Source: Trueperaceae bacterium (GTDB lineage Bacteria > Deinococcota > Deinococci > Deinococcales > Trueperaceae). Taken from it: DNA of 64,000 bases. The notes below the pieces were generated by a model that was given only the letters and a program-made list of their open reading frames with translations, was not told the DNA's origin and ran no database searches. The position numbers were made by a program, and so were the translations under genes. This document shows, one piece after another, positions 18,976-29,300 of this stretch. Every line of letters begins with the position of its first letter. The stretch's first letter is position 1. Location: positions 3,648,001 through 3,712,000 of the forward strand of contig CBDCDZ010000004.1 in NCBI GenBank assembly GCA_965215565.1. Direction: 5' to 3'.

Positions 18976-21486
18976 CTAAAGAGCTAACTCGGCTCTCAAC
19001 TGCTGAATGCGGCTCAACACAATAGGGGTGCGCGGGTCGCTGGGCGACAGACGTTCCGGCAGCGTCTCCCACAACGCCAAATCGTCCACCATGACGGTCG
19101 AGAGATAGTATTGCGCCTCGAGGTCTCCTGTAGACATTACGGCCTCTCTCAGGGCGCGTTCGAGGAAACCCTGCTCCTCGATGAGCCGTGGCGACTCCGC
19201 TGCCGCCAACAAAGGACCACGGTAAAGCTCTATCGCCTCGGAAATGTCGCCGCGCTTCAAGTGTGAGAGGAGCGCATTGAAATCGGCCTCGACTTGCCCG
19301 CTCAGGCGGTAGGGACGTGTCGAAATCGGAACGTGTTCGCGGAGCCGCGCAAGCAGGGATTTGATACTCGCCGCCGCTGCGTCCTCGCCGTATAAGTAAG
19401 AGGCCAAGCGCTGTCCGCTCAGACCCTCCGGGTAGAGTGCGAGCAGGGCGAGCACCTCGAGTTGGCGGGTGGACAAGGTGAGTATTTGACCATCGAGCCG
19501 GACTTGCGGCGGTCCGAGGAAGGTCAGCTCGAGGTGCGCCTTACCCTGCTGCGTCCCGGCAACGACCTTCTGAAAGATCGTTGCGGGACCGACGAGGTAA
19601 CGCTCGCCGCTCGTGCCGAGCGCACTGAGGTAAGGCTGCACGTCTTCCATCACACGGTGCGCCGTCACCGTGTCGCCGCGCTCGACGTAGGTGAAGGCCA
19701 AATAGCTACAAGCGCGGGCATAATGTACGGCTTGAATAGGCGACTTGTAATGGTCCACCGTCCGCTGTAGGTAAGGCTCTGCCGCTGCTGCGTCGCTCAG
19801 AGAAAGTGCCATACCGAGGCTGAGGTCGGCTGCCGCGCGGTCTGTGGCAAGGTGCTGTGCGCGTTGCGCCCACTCCAGCGCAGCTTCGTGCTTGCCGAGT
19901 TCGAGCAGTGTACGCACGAGGTTGATGGCGTTCTCGCCGAACTGCGCCCTGTCCAAAGATTGCGCGTTGGCTTCGTAGTAGGGCAAGGCCCGGTCTGCCT
20001 GACCTTGCGACAACCAATAGTCACCCAAGGTCGAGCGGACTAGGGCCGCGAGCCCCGGCACGCTGGAGGCGAGATGGGCCTCTGCCTCTTCGAGCAGTGT
20101 TTCGAGTCCTGCCGTTTTACCCGTTAAAATACGCCCGAACGCCCACTCGTTGGCAGTGACCAACCACCGATAGGTATTTTTCAAATCGTGCTTATCGAAC
20201 AGCTCCAACGCCCACCCCGCCCAGGTCGTCCCCACATCGTAGCGGCCGACTAAAATGTAAGTCGCAGCGAGCGACCAAGCGTTTCTGACCACAGCGTACC
20301 CGTCCTCTTCCGCCTCGGCTTGCTCGACTGCCTCGTGCAAAACCTCGATGGCTCGTTCGGGCGCGTCGTAGTTCAAGGCCAGACCATACTCGTAAAGCGT
20401 AAAGGAGGTCCGTGCGAGCGCGACCGCACGTTCCGCCTGTGTAAGGTGGGTGTCGCCGCCACTCAAGGGTGCGTAGAACGCACGCAAACGAGGGGCATCG
20501 TGGTGCTGGAGAAAAGTCTCGATACGCGCCAGAAGGGGTGCGACTTGACCGACACGTCGCGCCGCGACCAGGAGCCAAAACAGCACGGCTTCGTTCTCTT
20601 GGTGCGTTTCGTCTAGCTGATTCAAGTGGCGCCACAACTGCCGATAGAGCCCCTGCGCTAAAAAGTAATTGCCGGACGCCTCGAGGATGGTGGGCACTTG
20701 CTCCGGTTTGAAGCGCACCGACAATTCCAATGCTTCAGACCATCGTTCCGTGTAGAGAAGGCTGGTGAGCACCTCACCGATGCTCGCTTCCTCCTCGAAG
20801 CCTTGTACGTACCAGTAGCCCTTCGCCGTCGGACGTAACGGAACGGGTCCGCCGTAGTGCTGATGGAGGAGCGCGAGAAAAGGCTCGAGCGCGCTGCGGC
20901 TTTCGGCCAGTAGGTCTGCGAGTACTGCGTCCGGAAGATCGGGGCTCAACTCACGTGCGTCGCCTAGCGACAAGGTGAGGGCGTCGCGGTCGAGGACGAG
21001 GCTGTTCGGGTAGGACAGCGGCAGCGCCTCATCGCTCGTCAAGATTAGGGAAGCCGTGCCGAGCGTGTTGCCTACGTCGGCGACGAATTGGGGGTAGAGG
21101 TCGGCGTAGGAGATCGCGATCTGGAAGGGGTCGAGGGCGTCGCGGCAGCGTTGCAGGACCGATAGCCCGTAGGGGTAGGGCATACCGTGCTGGAGGAGCG
21201 GACGACCGAGTGCACGGGTGAGCGCGTCGGCGAGACGGTTACCCAAGTAGACGGGGTCGCCCTGATCGTCCGGCTCCAAACTGAGCCAGGCGAGAGGTCG
21301 GTCCTCGGTCGGTAGACGATGGATGATCTGATGACTGCCCCAGGCCGGGTCGCCGGTAAATAAAACGGGCCCCTCGTGGTGCCGGATGCGCTCGGTATAG
21401 CGCGTGAGCCATGTGCTGTCGGCAAGGCGACCTAGAGTGACTGGCGCGGCGGATTCCCCTTGTCCGTACGAGTGTCTGCTATCCAT
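18976..21486 (-). CDS. Large MalT/SARP-like transcriptional regulator (degenerate NTPase-like N-terminus, TPRs, C-terminal wHTH/BTAD-like region)
   Basis: AWLSL..DD.GDPV, TPR-like helices, LTFLGPPQV.LDG...EVLALLAL...L.RLR...Y.L...VEADF...AIELYRGPLL. GGGGA RBS before MDSRH at 21486. Confidence 0.72.
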   Translation of the reverse strand: MDSRHSYGQGESAAPVTLGRLADSTWLTRYTERIRHHEGPVLFTGDPAWGSHQIIHRLPTEDRPLAWLSLEPDDQGDPVYLGNRLADALTRALGRPLLQHGMPYPYGLSVLQRCRDALDPFQIAISYADLYPQFVADVGNTLGTASLILTSDEALPLSYPNSLVLDRDALTLSLGDARELSPDLPDAVLADLLAESRSALEPFLALLHQHYGGPVPLRPTAKGYWYVQGFEEEASIGEVLTSLLYTERWSEALELSVRFKPEQVPTILEASGNYFLAQGLYRQLWRHLNQLDETHQENEAVLFWLLVAARRVGQVAPLLARIETFLQHHDAPRLRAFYAPLSGGDTHLTQAERAVALARTSFTLYEYGLALNYDAPERAIEVLHEAVEQAEAEEDGYAVVRNAWSLAATYILVGRYDVGTTWAGWALELFDKHDLKNTYRWLVTANEWAFGRILTGKTAGLETLLEEAEAHLASSVPGLAALVRSTLGDYWLSQGQADRALPYYEANAQSLDRAQFGENAINLVRTLLELGKHEAALEWAQRAQHLATDRAAADLSLGMALSLSDAAAAEPYLQRTVDHYKSPIQAVHYARACSYLAFTYVERGDTVTAHRVMEDVQPYLSALGTSGERYLVGPATIFQKVVAGTQQGKAHLELTFLGPPQVRLDGQILTLSTRQLEVLALLALYPEGLSGQRLASYLYGEDAAAASIKSLLARLREHVPISTRPYRLSGQVEADFNALLSHLKRGDISEAIELYRGPLLAAAESPRLIEEQGFLERALREAVMSTGDLEAQYYLSTVMVDDLALWETLPERLSPSDPRTPIVLSRIQQLRAELAL

Positions 21487-21672
21487 ACATTCCCCCAAAG
21501 ACCGTGCTAGAGCACATGAGTACATGGAAGATACGAGGCTTGCCCTGAATTTCATCTGACTGCAAGCCTGTGGAGGCTGCTTCATACGTCTGAAAAAGTA
21601 TGTTGCGGTTCGCAACAGGTGGACGCAGACACCTGGGCTTGGTCTAAAACCTTGGACACTCAAAGTATACAG

Positions 21673-22645
21673 CTAAGCGGCTAGGCTCACCTCCTGAGTC
21701 TCTTTTCGCTGCTGGGATAGTTCAAAGGTGTCAGGCGTCTCATAGCCGAGCGAGCTGTGCAGCCGCTCGCGGTTGTAGTAGACCTCGATATATTCGAACA
21801 CCGCGACGCGGGCGTCATCGCGTGTGGCAAAGCGCTCAATGGGATAAACGAGTTCGCGTTTTAGTGTCGCCCAAAAGCTTTCAATGATGGCATTGTCGAA
21901 GCAGGCTCCTTTGCCTGTAAAGCTCGGCAGCATCTTGTGCGCTTCGAGTTCGCGCTGATAAGCGTAGGAGGTGTATTGAGAACCCCTGTCGCCTAGGTGA
22001 AGGCTAAGAGCCTTTGAGCTTCGCTCTAACCTTGTGATGAATCAAACCGGGCTGGGGCTTGCGCCGCGTCGTGGCTGAGCATAGGGCTTGCAGCACGAGG
22101 TCAGTCTTCATATTGTCACTCATGGCGTAGCCCACAACGCGCTTAGAGAAGCCGTCAATGACGCCCGCTAGATAAAGCCAGCCCTCGGCGGTCGGCAGAT
22201 AGGTAATGTCAACATGCCATACCTGATTGATCGCTGTTGGGCGTGGTTGTTCCAGCAACAGGTTCTGGGTCTCGAGATCACAGCGCTCATACTTAGTGCG
22301 GTGTTTCTTGTGACTCACAGCGTAGAGCCCTTCACGACGCATAAGACGTTTGACTCTGCCTAGCGAACACGAAACCTGCTGCTTCTTGAGTTCGGCGTGG
22401 ACACGGGGGCTGCCATATCTGCCCTTATTCTTCTCGAATACCGCTTTGATCTTCTCCAACAGCTCGGCGTTGCGCTTTTCGCATTTGCTCGGCTCCCGCT
22501 GCTGACGAGCCCGCCAGTGATAGTAGCTGCTCCTAGCCACGCCCAAGACCTTGCACAGCGCCGAGACGGAGAACTCGCTCTGGTGCGCCTCGATGAACGC
22601 GCACTTTAGGTTGTCTGTTTCGCAAAGTAAATGGCGGCCTTTTTT
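21673..22645 (-). pseudogene. IS3 transposase OrfB (DDE), interrupted by a 40-bp insertion at 21993-22032
   Basis: YGSPR, WHVDITY, LIHH|SDRGSQY (restored when the 40 bp are removed), DNAIIESF, YYNRERLHSSLGY.TP. Confidence 0.88.
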
Positions 22646-22911
22646 ACGATCGCCAACTCTGTTTCAAGTCGCTTCACCTCCGCCTGGAGCCGTTTCAGTT
22701 CGGCTTCGTCAGCGGTCGGTTGTGCTCTTTTATGACCCATCACGAGTCGTCCCTCGCGGTATTGTCTACGCCACTTATGGATGTTCGACTCAGCAATACC
22801 CAAGCTCCGTGCCGCCTCGGTGATGCCGTAGCCCTTTTTCTCTACCAGTTCCACCGCATCGATCTTAAACTCCATTGGATACTGCCGAACCACCCTCTTG
22901 CCTTCTGCCAT
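22606..22911 (-). CDS. IS3 transposase OrfA (HTH)
   Basis: QYPMEFKIDAVELV...AARSLGI...W...ELKRLQAEVKRL..E..IVKKAAIYFAK. Confidence 0.9.
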   Translation of the reverse strand: MAEGKRVVRQYPMEFKIDAVELVEKKGYGITEAARSLGIAESNIHKWRRQYREGRLVMGHKRAQPTADEAELKRLQAEVKRLETELAIVKKAAIYFAKQTT

Positions 22912-23580
22912 CGTCTTCCTCCTTAGCAAAGTCTATTCCTACTAACTTTGTCCAAGGTAGTGGGCCAATGCCAACCTTAGCAAGCGAAGGTGCTCGAGGA
23001 ATAGTACGTAAAATCACAAAGAGATGTACTTTAACGTTTGATGAACGCTCAACGGGAGTTGACGAGGAGAGGCTGCGAAAGCGAACACTCGCCCGTTCGT
23101 TGTCTGGATTGAAGGGGGTCGAGGCTCTCCTCGACGACGCTTTCAAAGCGCTCTATCCGGACACACTTTTCCTTCGTAAAGACGAATTTTGCGGAGGTTG
23201 CCCGGAGACGAAATCGCTCAACGCCAACCCTTTAGCGACCACTGAGAAAGCCGCCAGGTCTTGAACCGATCCGACGGCTTTCTCTCGTTGTAGTTCCCCC
23301 GGCGGAGCACTCTTATTTTAACGCCGTCGTCATATCGAGAACAGGTGTGTACGGACTAGCTAATTCGGGGTTGGAGAACCTACAAAGAAAAAGCTCGAGG
23401 GGACCTCCAACCGGGGGGCGGGATGTAGAAGGTACGGTCCTCGAGACTTTCCTCAGCCTAGCCGCTCTCGGTCCCTCCGAATGAGCCATTGCGTTACCGA
23501 ACGTCACTGTGAAAAGGTTCACTCTTTCCGCCGAGGTGTAACAAATAATCGGAGTAGAGCACAGATTTACTTGCTTTCAC

Positions 23581-23874
23581 ATGTCTATAATTGTAAACAA
23601 AAGTATGATGCTAAAGGTGAAAAAGTCGAGTAAGCGCACCTCTTACGAACGGGCATTCTTTCGAGCAGTAGGTGCACGCATAGAGCTGTTCAGGTTGCGG
23701 CGCGGGCTGAGCTTGGAGGAAGTTGCTGCCCATACAGTGCATCCGCCCGAGTGGCTGAAGGGGCTCGAGGCGGGAGTGGAGGAACCGAGGCTCGACGACC
23801 TATTCGGCATCGCCAAGGCGTTAGGCACCGACCCCAGCGAACTCGTGAGGGTGGAGCCGAAGGTGTTTTCTTGA
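23581..23874 (+). CDS. XRE-family HTH regulator
   Basis: VGARIELFRLRRGLSLEEVA...LEAG...PRLDDLFGIAKALG. Start codon uncertain. Confidence 0.8.
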   Translation: MSIIVNKSMMLKVKKSSKRTSYERAFFRAVGARIELFRLRRGLSLEEVAAHTVHPPEWLKGLEAGVEEPRLDDLFGIAKALGTDPSELVRVEPKVFS

Positions 23875-23924
23875 TACGGTCAGCTCTCACGGCAGCATAG
23901 GGGAACGTGTGACACGATGAGGGC

Positions 23925-24164
23925 ATGTCAGGACGCCGCAAGGACCCGGAATACCAGGCTTACAACCGCAAGGTCGGGGAGAGGATCAAGGAGCTGAGGC
24001 GGGATAAGAACCTCTCTCAGGAGGAGTTTGCTGCCGAGGTCGGACTCAGCCGCTCGTACCTGAGTTTGCTGGAGACGGCTAAGCAGGACCCGTCGCTCTC
24101 GACGCTCTTTAGGGTGGCGAAGGTTTTGGGGTTGAGTGTGAGTGAGTTGCTCGAGGTGGAGTAG
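23925..24164 (+). CDS. XRE-family HTH regulator
   Basis: VGERIKELR..KNLSQEEFA..VGLSRSYLS.LE....PSL.TL..VAKVLG. Confidence 0.9.
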   Translation: MSGRRKDPEYQAYNRKVGERIKELRRDKNLSQEEFAAEVGLSRSYLSLLETAKQDPSLSTLFRVAKVLGLSVSELLEVE

Positions 24165-24180
24165 CGTCACCAGAAACTCT

Positions 24181-25848
24181 TCAGTAATCTATATTCATAG
24201 CTGCACTATCGGCGATTTCGTCTGCTGCTAAAGATAGAGCGTGCCTAAGTGCTTCCTGATTTTCATTCTTGAGCAAGCTGAATCGCGATTGACTCTGTTC
24301 GGGCAAGAGGGTTACGCCCGCCTTTTGAAGAAGTCCTCTATACGCAGGATTAGCCACGAATCCTATCATGTTGGAATAATCGTGCTTATACTTTTCTATG
24401 AAATACATAAGCCTTTCGTAAACCCGCGCTTGAGCTGTTTTATCGCGTTTAGATAAGAGGAAGTCGTAATTCAAAACAGCGGGCTCTTTCACGTAACGCA
24501 GAGGAACAGGTCCGTAAAGCCCGGATAAGAAAACAATGTCGATATCGTTCTCTAGTCCCTGTAAACTTTTCACGACTCGCTTATATGACGATGAGTCGGT
24601 GTACGGTTTAGCCTGAGAACAGGTGAGAATTAGACAGATAGGTTTCTTGGCCTTAAAACGCCTTTTACGTATATCGAAGGCAGTAGGGTCATTTCTGACT
24701 GGCTTCACCTCCACTGCTTCCGGTAGAGGCTCGCCCTCAAGCAAGGCGCGGAGCTGGGCTCTTGGACGAGCTAGTTCAACGAGATAGTCTTCCAGTACGC
24801 CTTTCTCCCGAGCAGCAATTGCCTTATCAAGGATTTGCATATCCATTTCAAGATTGTGAAGTGCAGTCGCAGCATAAACGACACTCTTACGTCCCCGCTT
24901 AACCTCACCTTTTTTGGCTCGCATTACGAAAACATCTTCATGCACATCGCGCGAGTAGCAGACTTGACATGTACATGGATAGGACAAAAGTTCCCAAAGA
25001 CGTCGTTCTTTGTAATTGGGGGTGATGTATTTAAGTGAGCGAGCTTTCTGAATATAACCACTAGTGTCGAAAGTAGTCGCCCCTGCATGTAAGAGGAAAG
25101 GGACGAGAAGTCCGGTGACACCAAAAACATGCATCGGTAACTCTCCTGCAGCGCCACGTACAGCGCGGACATAACGGACGATCTCCTGCTGTCTCCCCGC
25201 CTTTCTTAACGGAACTATGGAACCTAGCCCTACCCCGTGAACGATCTGCATGAGATTTTCCTTGTCGAGACGTTCAAGCACCTCCTGCGTGAAGATGGCA
25301 GCTTGCTCGGGTGTATTCCCGTGAACAGGAACTACAAGATTTATATCTTTATCCGGTCTCTCAGAAAGAATTCTTGCGCAGTAAAGTGCATTTTGAAGTG
25401 TCTTGTTCAGTCGGTTACGCGACTCTTCTTCAGTTAATCCAGGCGGTATCGGGTAATCTAAAGACACAATCCTCGAAGCGCCTAAAGCTAGCTGGAGTTC
25501 GAGAATCTTTTCCTGCATGTTATGTTCAAAGAAGCCGTAGCGATCCAATCCAGCGGGTGGACCCTGCATGAACACGTAACCACCTGAGTCAGCTAAAATG
25601 TGTGCATGATAATCTAAGTCGAAATTGCCATTGTAGTGTTTACGCAGAGGTTTAGACAGCCACATCTCGAGTTGTTTTGGTAGTATGGCACCGTAGTTCA
25701 AAAAGTGTAGTGCTTGAACCATCACGGGTATATTACGCCTCAATAAACCTTGTTCCATGCCATGCAAGAGTTGCTTATACATGCCGCCGCCGTTTGGCGT
25801 TGTACCTGTCATCATAGCCGTAACTGGGTATAGGATAGAATTGTGCAC
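24181..25848 (-). CDS. tRNA-guanine transglycosylase (TGT/DpdA-like) fused to a C-terminal DUF5591-like domain
   Basis: DSGGY, LDYP, PVHG, MHVFG, FDTS, Zn site CTCQVC...HNL; C-terminus LTCSQAKPY...SGLYGPVP...YDF. Confidence 0.82.
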   Translation of the reverse strand: MHNSILYPVTAMMTGTTPNGGGMYKQLLHGMEQGLLRRNIPVMVQALHFLNYGAILPKQLEMWLSKPLRKHYNGNFDLDYHAHILADSGGYVFMQGPPAGLDRYGFFEHNMQEKILELQLALGASRIVSLDYPIPPGLTEEESRNRLNKTLQNALYCARILSERPDKDINLVVPVHGNTPEQAAIFTQEVLERLDKENLMQIVHGVGLGSIVPLRKAGRQQEIVRYVRAVRGAAGELPMHVFGVTGLLVPFLLHAGATTFDTSGYIQKARSLKYITPNYKERRLWELLSYPCTCQVCYSRDVHEDVFVMRAKKGEVKRGRKSVVYAATALHNLEMDMQILDKAIAAREKGVLEDYLVELARPRAQLRALLEGEPLPEAVEVKPVRNDPTAFDIRKRRFKAKKPICLILTCSQAKPYTDSSSYKRVVKSLQGLENDIDIVFLSGLYGPVPLRYVKEPAVLNYDFLLSKRDKTAQARVYERLMYFIEKYKHDYSNMIGFVANPAYRGLLQKAGVTLLPEQSQSRFSLLKNENQEALRHALSLAADEIADSAAMNIDY

Positions 25849-25888
25849 AGGAAGACCTTACCGTACGAAGAGCGATAAAGCAAGACCT

Positions 25889-26335
25889 TCAAGTAGGAAG
25901 CAGGAATTCGTACCGCAACATTTTGCTTATATTCCTATGCGGGTTATCTACGATAAGAACGGTTTCAGCGTTGCGGTAAAAGCTGCCCCAGAGGAAGTTT
26001 GCTGACCCCACTAGAGCGATTTCATCAGTGATCAAACCCTTGCTGTGCAAGTGAGGAACAATGTGGTGTTTATCAGGCGTAAAGCGCGATAAAAGTGCAT
26101 TGAGCCTCCGGTCCGGTTCTCTCGTATAGATTGAGGTTCGATGCCCCTGTCCTTGTAGATAAAGTAGCAAGGTGCTCAGTCGTTGCGGTCCCGATTTATT
26201 GACAGGATAAGGTAGCTGTAGGGGTAGATCGTCCATCCAAGGGCTGACAATTGCGATGTCACCCTCGCTACTCAACATAATCTGAGGAACCAACCACGGC
26301 AGCTTCTTAGAGGCTAAGAACACGGTTAGGTGCAC
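25889..26335 (-). CDS. Phospholipase D-like nuclease (DpdK/DrmC-like)
   Basis: IVSPWMDD; single HKD motif LHSKGLITD...GSANF...N.E. Confidence 0.82.
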   Translation of the reverse strand: MHLTVFLASKKLPWLVPQIMLSSEGDIAIVSPWMDDLPLQLPYPVNKSGPQRLSTLLLYLQGQGHRTSIYTREPDRRLNALLSRFTPDKHHIVPHLHSKGLITDEIALVGSANFLWGSFYRNAETVLIVDNPHRNISKMLRYEFLLPT

Positions 26336-29300
26336 CGCTCTCGAGAACCATCGGTAAGTTTTTCCCCTCTCTAGCCCTTTCGGAAAGTTCTTTGTTGCTC
26401 ATCTCTATTATCAGCCTCGATAGTATTGACTCAGCGAGTAACCTTGAAGGCTCCTCGTCACCGATCTGCTGAGTACCGACACAAACGGGGCAGCCATCAG
26501 TTTCTAAACAGGTGTATTGGAATGGCTCCCCACTCGCTCGTTGGTTGATCAACCGGGTAAGTTCGTTTGAAACTTCGACGAAAATATCCTCTGGTAGCGT
26601 ACTCTGGGGATCGGGTAGGTTGAGGCGTGCCACCGTACGCGTACGTAATAGTTGGGCGTCTATACCATCGCGCAATGCCTCTTCAGCTAAACCGACAGGG
26701 CATAGCACAACACGTAGCAGTTCTTGGTAAACCTGAAGTGCATCAGCCTCAAGTGCTTTCTGGAAAACTTCGATAAGACCCGCGCCCCCCTCAAAAACTT
26801 CCCACACCGAAACGTTATTGTCGCCGATCGCAGACTCTAAATCTTCACGGTGCACGCCGACGACACTTGCTACTGCCCGATGAAGCAGCTCTCGAGCGGT
26901 GGCAAGTGCCACTCCTCGGAGTTGCTGCGGCTGCGCTCGTCCCTCACTAAGCTCGTTGAGCAAGTCATCGAGCTGCCATCCAAGTGCTTGCGTGTCTATC
27001 GTATACACCATTGGCTCAAGGTAACGGACTTCAAAGCGGTCTGGATCGCCGCTAGCCCTGAAATACTCTGCGTCCGCGTCTCTATCGTTTGAGTTACTCT
27101 TCAGATAACGATGTGACTCAACGTCAGAACCTAAAACTCTGGTCCTCCCTTGTCCCTCAAATACACGCAGTCGCTCGCTAATACACGTTCCCGTATGATT
27201 TTCGAAACGCCTCTCTAAGTAGGGCTGGGCGTAGAGCTTTCGAAATTCAAGTTGCCCGCCACATTCACAAACCCGCTTACTAAGACTGTGAACCTTGTAG
27301 CATTGCTTACAAAATTTAACGACTTGGCGTCCTTGACGGTCCGTACGGACGCCGCGTAAAGGTACAATCTGAGGACGTACACCCCCTTCTACACTTAAAC
27401 CCTCAATGGGTAAACGCACCCTGACCCTGCTTCCGTCAACCCAATCAGGGTGGTGTTCCGTATCGAGGGTTGCCAAAGTCGTGTCTCCATAATGACGATA
27501 AGTCAGTCTATACGGTAAATAAAGACTCGCTAAGTTGGAAACTTGCTCCTCTATGTAGTCAGAGCTGCCGCTAGAGTAACGCTTTTCGAAACGCAAAGGC
27601 TTTACGGTTTGAAAGTAAGATGAGGGTAGGAGAGAGCTGATGGAGACCGGACAGTTGTTCTCTACGCAGGTGTGGCTAGGTTCGCTTACTGCGTCGACGC
27701 CAGCGTGTAAATAGTAAAGCGAACCTAGCGTTACTTTTATGTCTTGTGGAGACGATTGGAAGGACCACCCTTTATTCCAGTGCTCCTTTAACGTGAAAAA
27801 GAAGTTGTGGAGCCGCTCGTAGTCAGAGATGCTTCCTTCGCCTGTTCGTCTTAGGTTATAGAGGTGAGCCCTAAGGTTAGTAAGCAAGGTCACTACTTCT
27901 GCGAGATGCTCGGCACGTTCAGGTTCATCAACGAGAATCTGGCTTACTTGGCTGATAAGACTATTGGTAGTAAGACGCTGTGTCGGCTGTGCTCCTCCAG
28001 CGAGGTAGTTGTCGATCTGCTCTCGGAATGCATCTAAGTCATTCATCAACTCGGTGGGAAAAGCGCTTCGAAGTTGAGTCAAATGGCGTCTCAAATCGAG
28101 GATAGGTCCGGTTCTCTCTAATTCTCTATCAGCCCAGCCAATCAAAGCATCTTTGAATCCAGAAAGATCGAAGTAGCCTGCAAATCTGTCTCTAAAATTG
28201 TCAAAGTCTTCCTGATACTTAGCACTCAATGTTGGGCAGGCTTCGAGCTGGTCGAGGATGTAACGTGCTATGGCCTTAGGTGGAAAACTTTCGTTTTGTT
28301 GGTAGTACTTGGCATATTGACTACGGTCCCGCTCCAGTCTCTCGTGTAATTGTTGAATAACCGCATTGTCCGTATTGAGGGGGATGTCGAAAACGCCATT
28401 TAGTAACCGTTGACGTCTAAAAAGTGCGAAGTTATCCGGAGCGTCGTTACCCAATATAAGGATGCTATGACTTAGATCGCCTTGCTTTCGTCCAGCGCGT
28501 CCGCGCCTCTGAGTAAAACCTGCTAGAGAACGCGGTGGTCTGTATTGGACAACAGCTTTGATCTGTTCATTGTCCACGCCTACCTCCAGTGTAGGCGAAG
28601 CGACAAGAAGATTGGGACTAAGATTTTTACCCGTCTTCGATGTGACTTGAGCTACTGAGAGAGGCTCTTCACTAACTACTTCTGCTGGTTCATAGCAATC
28701 TTTGCCACCATGTATTCCTCTCCAGCACTCGCCCGCACTATAGATATCGCAGCGCATAGGTTCCTTGCGAGGGCAGGGTTCATTATTCCCATTTAACGGG
28801 TAAGAAATATCTTCGACTACCGTGCGGAATGCCCAAAGCCCTTGATTGTGTTCAGCGTCTCGAAGCTGATTAAAAAAGCGCCCCGTCTGATCGAGAGAAT
28901 CCGCAAAAATGATAACCTTCTCTTGAGGGGTCAAAAAAGCGTGCCCGAGTGCCATAGCGCACTGGATGAGTAAGGAAGACGGAGCAGGGCTTGACTCATC
29001 AGTTGGCGTCTGAAGCGTGACAAACCCTTCTATTCCTCCCAACTCTTGCTCTGCTTCGTAGGCACTTGAAAGAGCCTCGTGTGCTCGGACTCCCTGGTCA
29101 CTCCCGTAAAATAATCGGCTCGCGAAACGTATAGGGTCCGAAATGGTTGCGCTGGCAGCAATGAGCGTGAGTTCTTTGCCAACAAGTTTCTTCAGCCGAT
29201 TGATGAGCTGATGAACGTGGACGCCGTAAAGCGAATCGTACAGATGCGCCTCGTCGATAACAATTCCGCTGAGTCCTGTAAGGAACGGTTCAAACTCCGG

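Larger units (their letters stand above)
21634..22973 (-). mobile_element. IS3-family insertion sequence (inactivated)
   Basis: 25-bp imperfect IRs TGGGCTTGGTCTAAAACCTTGGACA / TGGCATTGGCCCACTACCTTGGACA; 3-bp target duplication ACC (21631-33, 22974-76); orfA/orfB with an A6G slippery site at 22639-22645. Confidence 0.92.

Noticed and set aside
22875..23522. ORFs and hairpin (GAGAAAGCCG/CGGCTTTCTC) between the IS3 and the XRE pair
   Set aside because: One ORF crosses the IS end, none has a recognisable motif, and a single hairpin is not enough to call an ncRNA.
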